From Deltaproteobacteria bacterium (GTDB lineage Bacteria; Myxococcota; JACRCW01), in the NCBI GenBank assembly GCA_016218805.1, contig JACRCW010000008.1:53080-73079 (forward strand): a DNA stretch of 20,000 nt, in the 5' to 3' direction. Under the pieces are notes generated by a model, which made no database searches, had not been told where the DNA came from, and worked only from the letters and a program-made list of their open reading frames with translations. Shown one piece after another: positions 9,488-16,759 of this stretch (the stretch's first letter is position 1; each line of letters opens with the position of its first letter). The translations under genes were made by a program, and so were the position numbers.

Positions 9488-12151
9488 ATGGCCGCCGCTC
9501 CCCGCCGGGATCAACGCCTGTTCTCGCTGGCCATGCTGCTGTCCGGGTTTGCCGGCGTTTCCTATGAAATCCTGTACGCGCGCGTGCTCGCGGACATCAT
9601 CGGGGACCAGTTTGCCGTGGCCGCGGCGGTGCTCATCACCTTCCTGCTGGGCATTGGCACCGGTGCCGCGGTGGCGCACCGCCTGTGGCGCCACCTGTGG
9701 GCCATTGAAGCGGGTATCGGCGCCTACGGCCTGCTGATCGCCGTCACCGCGCCCGCGCTGGACCGGCTGCTGTACGCCAGCCTGCCGCTGCTCCCGGGGG
9801 ACCTGGCGGGCAGCATCCTGTTCGGTGTGAGCGTGCTCGTGCTGCCCGCGTTTCTCGTCGGGTGCAGCATCCCGCTGTTCTCCGGCTACCTGCAGCGGCT
9901 GGGCCATGGCCGCGCGTTTCCGCACGTGTACGCCGTCTACAACTTTGGTGCGGCGCTGACCACGCTGGCCATTGAGTTCCTGCTGGTGCGCGTGCTGGGC
10001 ATCCGCGGCGCGCTGATGGCCATTGCCGCCGTCAACGGCGTGGTGGCGCTGGTGGTGCTGGGCGGTTTCCGCCACCTGGGTGACCGGCGCGCGTTGCCGC
10101 GCCCACCGTTTCCCCTGCGCCTGCCGGTGCCGGCTCTGGAGCTGGCTGCCGTCGTCATCGCCAGCATTGCCTCCGCGGTGTTCCAGCTGCTGGCGGTGCG
10201 CCTGGCGGAGATGCTGCTGGGCCCGTTCCGGGAGACGTTTGCGCTGGTCCTGTCCCTGGTGCTGGGTGGCATCGCACTGGGAGCGGTGCTGGTGCAGACC
10301 ACGGGCGTGCGCCTTGCCGGCGTGTTGGCGGGGGCGCTGCTGGGGTTGCTGCTGCTGCTGCTGGGCTTCCAGCCGCTGGCGTCCGTCTACTCCGCGCTCT
10401 ACGGCCCCGCCGCCGCCGCGGGCTTGCTGGGGCCGTTGAAGTGGGCGCTGCTGGCGGCGCTGTTCGGCCTGCCGGCCACGGCGTTTGGCGCCACCCTGCC
10501 GGCCCTGCTCCGGGACAATGACGACGTGGCCCGGGCGTCCGGCGCCCTGTTGTGCGTGTCATCCCTGGCCAACGTGGCGGGGTTCCTGCTCATGACGCTG
10601 GGCCTGCACCGCTGGCTGGACTACGGCGCGCTGGTGGCCCTGCTGACGGCGCTGGTGGCGGCCGCGCTGGTGGCGCTGGCTGTGCGTGACGTGCAGCATT
10701 GGGCGCTGGGCGGCGCCTCCGTCACCACCGCGCTGCTGCTGCTGGCCGGAACCTGGGACGAAGACCTCCTGTTCCTCGGCTACCGCGCCTTCCAGGAACC
10801 CGCGGCCATGACGCAACAGCGCGCGCTGCTGCGCGGCGCGGAACGCTTCCGCGGCGCCCAGGACGTGTTTGCCATCCCGTGGCGGGACGGCAAGCCCTAC
10901 CTGTTCATCAACGGCTACCTCAGCATTCCGCTCAACAACCCCTCGGAGAAGGTGGTGGGCGCGGTGGCAAGCTTGTACGCCCCGCGCACCGACCGCGCGC
11001 TGGTGCTGGGGCTCGGCAGCGGCGCCACCGCGTCTGCCGTTGGCCGCCTGTTTGATGCCACCGACGTGGTCGAGATCAACCCGGTCATCACGGAGAACAT
11101 CGGGCGGATGCGGCAGTGGAACCTGGGCATTGAGGACAACCCGCGCATCCGCGTGGTCACGGACGACGGTATCCATTTCATGAAAGCCAGCACGGACCAG
11201 TACGCGCTGGTGCTCAACACGGTGACCACGCCGCTCTACTTCTCCTCCTCCAAGCTCTACACGCAGGACTTCCTGGAAGTGGCCCGGCGCCGGCTGGCTC
11301 CCGGCGGCGTCTACCTGACCTGGATGGACTCCCGCATCGGTGACCGCGGCGCGTGGATGGTCCTGCGCACGCTGCGCCAGGTCTTCCCCGCCTGCAGCCT
11401 CCTGTGGGCCAAGGCCACCTATTTCCTGCTGATGTGCGGGGAGGCCGCGCCGCGCGTGCCGGACCCATCCCGTGCCGCGCGGGACGCGGTGATCACCAAG
11501 GACCTGCTGGGCCGCCATGACCTCATGCCCCAGTGGTTGGCCTACCAGCTGGTGGTGCGGGACGCGTTCACGCTGCTGGGTGACCAGGACGTGCCGGTGA
11601 ACACCCGTGACCATCCCGAGCTGGAGTTTGAGATGGCGCGGCTGCGGAGCCAGGGCGTCCCGCGGCTGCAGCAGCGCGTGCTGGACGCGTTGCAGTGGGA
11701 TGACGTGGTGGGCGCGCTGGGAGAGGCTGCAGAACCCGGCGCGCTGCTGGCCCACGCCGAATCCACCCTGGGGAAGGACGCGTCCATGGTCCGGCGCTGG
11801 CGCCGCCACCTGGCGGAGCGGTTCCCGGACCTGCCCCGCCGCCGCGCCGAAGCGCGGGTCCAGCGCGCGCACGCGCTGGTGGACGCGCAGGGTACTGCGC
11901 AGGCGCGGTACGTGTTGGCCGCGCGCCTGCGTGACGCGGACCGCTGCGCGGATGCCATCAGGGAACTGGAGGCGGCGCTCACGCAGGACCCGCGGCTGGA
12001 CAACGCGCATTACGTCTGGGGCCACTGCCTGGAGGAACTGGGCCGCCCGGAAGAAGCGCTGGCCCAGTTCCGCCTGGAGCAGCAGCTGGACCCCGCCGAC
12101 GACGGCGCCGCCCGGCGCATCACGCGGCTGTTGACCGCCCCGTCGCCGTGA
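9488..12151 (+). CDS. Fused multi-pass membrane / spermidine synthase-like SAM-fold protein with C-terminal TPRs
   Basis: Duplicated membrane units (SGFAGVSYEILYARVL...YAVYNFGAALTT and ASIASAVFQLLAVRLA...SSLANVAG); LFING, LVLGLGSGATA, VVEINPVI, DDGIHFM, LYTQDFLEVARRRLAPGGV; TPR-like AHYVWGHCLEELGRPEEALAQF. Confidence 0.85.
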   Translation: MAAAPRRDQRLFSLAMLLSGFAGVSYEILYARVLADIIGDQFAVAAAVLITFLLGIGTGAAVAHRLWRHLWAIEAGIGAYGLLIAVTAPALDRLLYASLPLLPGDLAGSILFGVSVLVLPAFLVGCSIPLFSGYLQRLGHGRAFPHVYAVYNFGAALTTLAIEFLLVRVLGIRGALMAIAAVNGVVALVVLGGFRHLGDRRALPRPPFPLRLPVPALELAAVVIASIASAVFQLLAVRLAEMLLGPFRETFALVLSLVLGGIALGAVLVQTTGVRLAGVLAGALLGLLLLLLGFQPLASVYSALYGPAAAAGLLGPLKWALLAALFGLPATAFGATLPALLRDNDDVARASGALLCVSSLANVAGFLLMTLGLHRWLDYGALVALLTALVAAALVALAVRDVQHWALGGASVTTALLLLAGTWDEDLLFLGYRAFQEPAAMTQQRALLRGAERFRGAQDVFAIPWRDGKPYLFINGYLSIPLNNPSEKVVGAVASLYAPRTDRALVLGLGSGATASAVGRLFDATDVVEINPVITENIGRMRQWNLGIEDNPRIRVVTDDGIHFMKASTDQYALVLNTVTTPLYFSSSKLYTQDFLEVARRRLAPGGVYLTWMDSRIGDRGAWMVLRTLRQVFPACSLLWAKATYFLLMCGEAAPRVPDPSRAARDAVITKDLLGRHDLMPQWLAYQLVVRDAFTLLGDQDVPVNTRDHPELEFEMARLRSQGVPRLQQRVLDALQWDDVVGALGEAAEPGALLAHAESTLGKDASMVRRWRRHLAERFPDLPRRRAEARVQRAHALVDAQGTAQARYVLAARLRDADRCADAIRELEAALTQDPRLDNAHYVWGHCLEELGRPEEALAQFRLEQQLDPADDGAARRITRLLTAPSP

Positions 12152-12169
12152 CCTTGTGCTGCAACCGGA

Positions 12170-12194
12170 AGGTGTCTCAAAGCATGAGACACCT
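12170..12194. terminator. Perfect 10-bp stem-loop between convergent genes (possible terminator or protein-binding palindrome)
   Basis: AGGTGTCTCA-AAGCA-TGAGACACCT; no long U tract on either side. Confidence 0.45.
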
Positions 12195-12203
12195 GGGGTC
12201 TGT

Positions 12204-12450
12204 GCCTTGCCCACCTGGCCCCCCGGCCTTGCCCACCTGGCCCCCCGGCCTTGCCCACCTGGCCCCCCGGCCTTGCCCACCCAGGGCCCCGGCCTTGCCC
12301 ACCCGGGGCCCCGGCCTTGCCCACCCAGGACCCCGGCCTTGCCCACCCAGGACCCCGGCCTTGCCCACCCAGGACCCCGGCCTCGCACACCCCGGCCCCC
12401 GGCCTTGGCCACCCGGCCCCCAGGCCTTGCCCACCTGGCCCCCCGGCCTC
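12204..12450. repeat. Intergenic tandem array, 11 x 22 bp
   Basis: Unit GCCTTGCCCACC(TGGCC/CAGGG/CGGGG/CAGGA)CCCCG, starting at 12204 and every 22 bp through 12424; units 9-10 are degenerate. Confidence 0.97.
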
Positions 12451-12465
12451 TTCCCCGGGCGCGTC

Positions 12466-14235
12466 TCAGCCGGACGGCTGCGCCAACCACGCCTCGTAGG
12501 CCGGCCGCCGAATCGGGTCCAACAGCAGTGCCGCCGCTTCGTCACGGCGACGGCGGAGGATGGCCAGGTGGACCTTGGCCGGACCCAAATCCGCATCATC
12601 CAGTGACGGTGGACCCAATGCCTGTTGCCAACGGCCCAACGCGGTGCGCAGGTCCGTTTCCGTGGCACCGGCAGGGAGGCCCAGCGTGCCCCACGCGTCA
12701 CGCGACCCGGTTGACAGGTACACGGACGCCACCGCCTCCCGCTGCCGCGCGGCCTGGGCCGCCAGCCCGGGCTGCTGCCACGCGCCGTCCATGGAACCCA
12801 GCACCATGGCGCGCCGCGCCGGTCCCGCCCGGGGCGCGCTCTGACCCACGCTGACCGCCTGCAGCAACAACAGCGCCAGCAACTCCCGCGCAGACGCCTC
12901 CGCGGGGCGGCTCCGGATGCGGGCCAACGCGGTGTCCACGGTTGGCGCGTCACGCACCAACGCCACCAGCTGCGTTGCCGGGCGGTGCCGCTGCAACAGG
13001 AACAGGCGCTCTCCCAGCGCTTCGGAGGCAAACAGCCGCTGCCCCGCCAGCGCCGCCAGCGTCCGCACCGCGTCCTCTTCGGAGACGTGGTGCAGGCAGG
13101 TGCGCACCACCAGGTCCAGGGGGTCCATCAACACGCAGGTGGCCAACACCGGATTCTCCCGCCAGGCGCGCACCGCAAAACACCCCGGCTGCACCAGCGC
13201 GCTGCACACCGCCCGCCGCATGTGCAGCGCCAGTTGGCCCGCCACCGCGGAGGCCGGCACCCCGTCCCGCTGGACAATCGCTTCGGCCACGCGGAACGAT
13301 TCGGTCTCCGTCACGCGCCGCGGTCCCTCGGCACGGTCCAGGCCCAGCAGCCCTTCGTCCACCAGTTGGTATGCCAGGCCCTCCCGCGGTGCCGTGGTGC
13401 CCCCGGACACCACCAGCCCGTCCAGCAGTTTCACCGTCCACACATCCTGCCCAACGGCGATCTCCAGCACCCCGTCAACGTGCTGGTCGAACAGGGTCAC
13501 CAGCACGGCCGCCAGGGAAACCAGCGACGCGTCTCCCTTGAACGGCGGCGGTTCAGTGATGGGCACGGTGGCCCACGGGACGGCGCGGCCGGGCCGGGTG
13601 GCCGCTGCGGGCGTGACGGGCGCCGGCGCGGCGCCCGCGCCGGGTGCTGACTTGGGTTGACCAAATGCCGGCGGCGCGGCGGGGGCACCCGGGGCGGAGC
13701 GGGGCTGCCCAAACGCCGGCGGCGCGGCGGCTGCCCCCGGGGAGGACCTGGGCTGACCAAATACCGGTGCGGCCGCACCGCCCGGAGTGGACTTGGGCGC
13801 GCCGAATGCCGCCGCCGTCTCCTGGATGGCCGCAAACCGCCCCGTTCTCCGTCCCTTGGCCAGCCGGAGGATGTCCTCCATGCGGGACAGCAACTCCCGC
13901 AGCGGGATGGGTTTCCGCAGCACGCCGTCCACGCGCAGGCGCGCCACCTGGCGTTCGTCCGGTGTGGCGGCGCTGACAATGATGCAGGGGGTGCGGCTGC
14001 GCGTGGGGTGGCTGCGGATGCGTTCAATCAGGTCCAGGCCGCTGAGACGCGGCATCATCACGTCGGTCAGGACCAGGTCAAACTCATTGGCCGCAAAGGC
14101 CTCCCACGCCGCTTCACCATCCGGCCGCGCGTCAATCTTGAAGTTGCGCGCATCCAGGTAGCGCCCCAGCAGGGTGCAGATGTCCGCGTCATCTTCAACC
14201 AGCAGGACGCGCTTGGCAGGGCCCGGCTCGGCCAT
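12466..14235 (-). CDS. Response regulator receiver fused to a Pro/Ala linker, a DUF4388-like central domain and a degenerate J-like domain
   Basis: RVLLVEDD, LVLTDVMMPRLSGLDL, IIVSA, LRKP; FKGDASLVSLAAVLVTL...DGVLEI...LLDGLVV; C-terminal DAWGTLGL..GAT...EAAALLLDPIRRPAYE. Confidence 0.82.
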   Translation of the reverse strand: MAEPGPAKRVLLVEDDADICTLLGRYLDARNFKIDARPDGEAAWEAFAANEFDLVLTDVMMPRLSGLDLIERIRSHPTRSRTPCIIVSAATPDERQVARLRVDGVLRKPIPLRELLSRMEDILRLAKGRRTGRFAAIQETAAAFGAPKSTPGGAAAPVFGQPRSSPGAAAAPPAFGQPRSAPGAPAAPPAFGQPKSAPGAGAAPAPVTPAAATRPGRAVPWATVPITEPPPFKGDASLVSLAAVLVTLFDQHVDGVLEIAVGQDVWTVKLLDGLVVSGGTTAPREGLAYQLVDEGLLGLDRAEGPRRVTETESFRVAEAIVQRDGVPASAVAGQLALHMRRAVCSALVQPGCFAVRAWRENPVLATCVLMDPLDLVVRTCLHHVSEEDAVRTLAALAGQRLFASEALGERLFLLQRHRPATQLVALVRDAPTVDTALARIRSRPAEASARELLALLLLQAVSVGQSAPRAGPARRAMVLGSMDGAWQQPGLAAQAARQREAVASVYLSTGSRDAWGTLGLPAGATETDLRTALGRWQQALGPPSLDDADLGPAKVHLAILRRRRDEAAALLLDPIRRPAYEAWLAQPSG

Positions 14236-14300
14236 CAAGAAGCCACCTTTGTTGCACCCACCGTTGGGGTGGACGCGCGCGCGACGCTACCACACCCCTG

Positions 14301-14801
14301 CTACCGATCCTTGTCCTTGTCCTTGTCGGAATCCTTGTCGGAGTCCTTGTCGGAGTCCTTGTCGGAGTCCTTGTCCTTGTCCTTGTCCTTGTCAGAATCC
14401 GGCGTGGGCGTCGGGGCCGGCGTGGGCGTTGGGGTCGGGGTCGGAGCGGGCGCAGGGCTGGGAGCAGGCGCGGGCGTGGGAGCTGGCGCGGGCGCAGGCG
14501 TGGGAGCGGGAGCGGGCGCAGGCGTGGGAGCGGGAGCAGGCGCAGGCGTGGGAGCGGGCGCCGGGGAGGGAGAAGGAGTCGGGGTGGGAGAAGGAGTCGG
14601 GGTGGGAGAGGGAGTGGGGTCCGGGGTGGGACTGGGGGCCGGGCTGTTGCCCGCCGGCGGATTGTACGTGTTCAGACGATCATCATAGAGCACGTAGGTG
14701 TTGAACGCGCCGCCGGCCCGGGCTTTCCATGCCGCGGTCCCGCCGATCACCACCACGACCGCGACCACTGCCCACATCCATTTCCGCCGGTTGGTGTTCA
14801 T
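14301..14801 (-). CDS. Small exported or N-anchored low-complexity protein (Pro-Thr/Pro-Ala stalk, Asp-Lys/Asp-Ser tail)
   Basis: GAGGAAG upstream of ATG 14801; [29 protein letters not shown] is signal-peptide-like with an AxA site; starts 19 bp after the pilin stop; 166 aa. Confidence 0.78.
   Translation of the reverse strand: MNTNRRKWMWAVVAVVVVIGGTAAWKARAGGAFNTYVLYDDRLNTYNPPAGNSPAPSPTPDPTPSPTPTPSPTPTPSPSPAPAPTPAPAPAPTPAPAPAPTPAPAPAPTPAPAPSPAPAPTPTPTPTPAPTPTPDSDKDKDKDKDSDKDSDKDSDKDSDKDKDKDR
14304..14642 (-). repeat. Coding low-complexity repeats (6/12-bp DK/DS units; 24-bp [12 protein letters not shown] units)
   Basis: (TCCTTG)n and GTCCTTGTCGGA repeats; GGCGTGGGAGCGGGAGCGGGCGCA-type units with synonymous variation. 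Confidence 0.9.
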
Positions 14802-14820
14802 GACTTCCTCCGCGGCCGGT

Positions 14821-15216
14821 TCAGGGCCGGTTGTAGTCCCCGACAATGACATCCAGCCATGGGTCACCGTCGAGCTGGCCAGATGCGGTGACCTGCCAGG
14901 ACCCCGTGCCCCAGGGCTGCGCCAGGGTGAGGGTGTACTTGCCCGTCCTGAGTTCATTGGCCGAGACCAATTGGCTGCCCGGAATGCTCAGGTACTTCTG
15001 AAGGTCCGAGTAGTTGGTGGCAAATGACCCGAACTCCCCCAGGTACGCCATTTGTGCCTTGTAGGTCGCATCCAATCCAACGGTCGCCTCGGTCCGGCGC
15101 GCCAGCTTCACCTGCCCGTCGTAGGACGGGATGGCCAATGAGGCGAGGATGCCGATGATTGTCAGGACGATCATCAGCTCCACCAGCGTGAACCCGGATG
15201 GGCGGCGCGCCTTCAT
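14821..15216 (-). CDS. Type IVa pilin (PilA/PilE-like) with prepilin cleavage/methylation motif
   Basis: [32 protein letters not shown]...ARRTEA; C-terminal [12 protein letters not shown] as in deltaproteobacterial pilins; 131 aa. Confidence 0.93.
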   Translation of the reverse strand: MKARRPSGFTLVELMIVLTIIGILASLAIPSYDGQVKLARRTEATVGLDATYKAQMAYLGEFGSFATNYSDLQKYLSIPGSQLVSANELRTGKYTLTLAQPWGTGSWQVTASGQLDGDPWLDVIVGDYNRP

Positions 15217-15230
15217 GGTTTGACCTCTTC

Positions 15231-15246
15231 CGCAAGGCCCGCGCCA
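15231..15246 (-). promoter_or_regulatory. Sigma54 (-24/-12) promoter upstream of the pilin
   Basis: Minus strand reads TGGCGCGGGCCTTGCG against consensus TGGCACG-N4-TTGC; exact GG-N10-GC spacing; adjacent to a sigma54 activator gene. Confidence 0.8.
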
Positions 15247-15305
15247 CCCCAGCGCGGAACCAGACCCAAGTGAAAACAGCGCGCTGGCTTGCCGCCCACC
15301 CCGGG

Positions 15306-15356
15306 TGGGGGCTTTCACCCTGGGGCAGGTGACCCAGCACTGGGGGGTTTCACCCA
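15306..15356 (-). promoter_or_regulatory. Three putative enhancer (UAS) boxes for the adjacent sigma54 activator
   Basis: Minus strand TGGGTGAAACCCCCCA (15341-15356), TGGGTCACCTGCCCCA (15321-15336), AGGGTGAAAGCCCCCA (15306-15321); about 85-135 bp upstream of the predicted +1. Confidence 0.65.
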
Positions 15357-16759
15357 TCGTCGGCCTCCAATCCAAACTTGCGGATGCGGTAGCGCAGCGT
15401 GTCCCGGCTGAGGTCCAGCAGCCGGGCGGCCCGGACCACGTTGCCGCCCGCGGCGGCGAGCGCGGCGCGGAGCACGGCCTTCTCAATCTGCTCAAACGCG
15501 ACGCCGCCAGCGGGGAGGGTGACCTCCACCGGGCCATCCGCCCGCGCCACCAGGTGGGTGGCGGGGGATTCCGGGGCCGGGGGCGGCGGGAGATCGTGCA
15601 GGGCCAGGGACGCGGCGGCCAGGGCGGGCGCGTCGGACGGGGAGAGGAGCACGGCACGCTCCACCGCAAACCGCAGTTCGCGCAGGTTGCCCGGCCAGGT
15701 GTGCGTGCGGATGGCGGCCTCCGCGTCCGGCGCAAAGTGGCGGGGCCCGCTGCGGTACCGCACTGTGGCGTCCGCCAGGAACACGCGGGCCATTTCCAGG
15801 GCGTCACCGCGTTCGCGCAGCGGGGGGACGGGCAGGGTGATGGCGGCCAGCCGGTGGAACAAGTCCGGGCGAAAGCGCCCGTCCGCCAGGGCCCGGCCCA
15901 AGGGCACGTTGGTGGCGGACACCACCGCGGCGCGCACCGGGCGCGTGCGCACGGCGCCCAGGCGGCGCACCTGCCGGGACTCCAGCACCTGCAGCAGCTT
16001 GGCCTGGATGTCCGGACCCAGGTCGCCCACTTCGTCCAGGAACAGCGTGCCCCCGTCCGCTGCCTCCACCAGCCCCGCCCGCGCGGCGCGCGCATCCGTG
16101 AACGCTGCGCGCTCATGGCCAAACAACTCCCCCTCCACCAGGTGCACCGGCAACGCCACGCAGTTCACCTCAATGAATGGGGCGTCCGCACCCAGGCGGC
16201 TGTCATGGAGCGCGCGCGCCACCAGGCCCTTGCCCACGCCCGTTTCGCCGGTGATCAACACCGGTGGTGGCTCACCCTGCGCCGCCGCCAGCGCTGCCAG
16301 GCGGTCGCGCACGCGCGCCATGGCGGGGGTGCTGCCCATCAGCGCCCGCGCCATGTCAGAGGCGTGCCCGCGCGCGCGCTGCCAGTCCAGTTCCCGGCGT
16401 GACTGGCGCTCCCGCGTGGCGCGCACCACCAGGCGCAGCAGCCGCTCCAACTCCACCGGCTTCTCCAGGTAGTCATACGCCCCCGCCCGGATGGCGCGCA
16501 CCGCCGCGGGCACGGAGCCGTGCGCCGTGACGGCCACGCGTACCGCCGTGGGGTCCAGCGCCGCCACCGCATCCAACAGCTCCAGGCCGCCCATGCCTGG
16601 CAACTGCACGTCAGACACCACCACGTCCGGGCAGCCCTGGCGCGCCGCCTCCAGCGCCGCCTCCGCGGACTCAAACCCCTCCGCCGCCTGCCCGTGCAGC
16701 CCCAGGAACTCCACCAGGGAGCGGCGCAGCACCGCGTCATCTTCCACGACAAAGATCAT
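15350..16759 (-). CDS. Sigma54-dependent response regulator (NtrC/AtoC family: REC-AAA+-Fis HTH)
   Basis: IFVVEDD, SDVQLPG, GAYDYLEKP, GETGVGKG, ELFGHERAAFTDA, GGTLFLDEV, FRPDLFHRL, WPGNLREL, GNVVRAARLLDLSRDTLRYRIRK; ATGA overlap with the kinase stop. Confidence 0.96.
   Translation of the reverse strand: MIFVVEDDAVLRRSLVEFLGLHGQAAEGFESAEAALEAARQGCPDVVVSDVQLPGMGGLELLDAVAALDPTAVRVAVTAHGSVPAAVRAIRAGAYDYLEKPVELERLLRLVVRATRERQSRRELDWQRARGHASDMARALMGSTPAMARVRDRLAALAAAQGEPPPVLITGETGVGKGLVARALHDSRLGADAPFIEVNCVALPVHLVEGELFGHERAAFTDARAARAGLVEAADGGTLFLDEVGDLGPDIQAKLLQVLESRQVRRLGAVRTRPVRAAVVSATNVPLGRALADGRFRPDLFHRLAAITLPVPPLRERGDALEMARVFLADATVRYRSGPRHFAPDAEAAIRTHTWPGNLRELRFAVERAVLLSPSDAPALAAASLALHDLPPPPAPESPATHLVARADGPVEVTLPAGGVAFEQIEKAVLRAALAAAGGNVVRAARLLDLSRDTLRYRIRKFGLEADDG

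Noticed and set aside
12204..12450. CRISPR array
   Set aside because: Units are contiguous, variation is limited to a recurring 5-nt core, there are no unique spacers, and no cas genes are in the window.
10559..12490. Long antisense ORFs (this one; also 561-1679, 5960-7234, 15399-16472, 16520-17971, 18111-19298)
   Set aside because: Shadow frames expected in high-GC DNA opposite genes with clear motifs.
12010..13031. ORFs crossing the 22-bp array (12148-12606, 12156-12854, 12010-12390, 12177-13031)
   Set aside because: Translations of a stop-free non-triplet repeat that overlap better-supported genes.
14690..14801. Prepilin-like or double-glycine RiPP leader in the stalk protein (KARAGG-AF)
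   Set aside because: No Glu5 or hydrophobic helix after the site, and no modifying enzymes or peptidase transporter nearby; a Sec signal explains it better.
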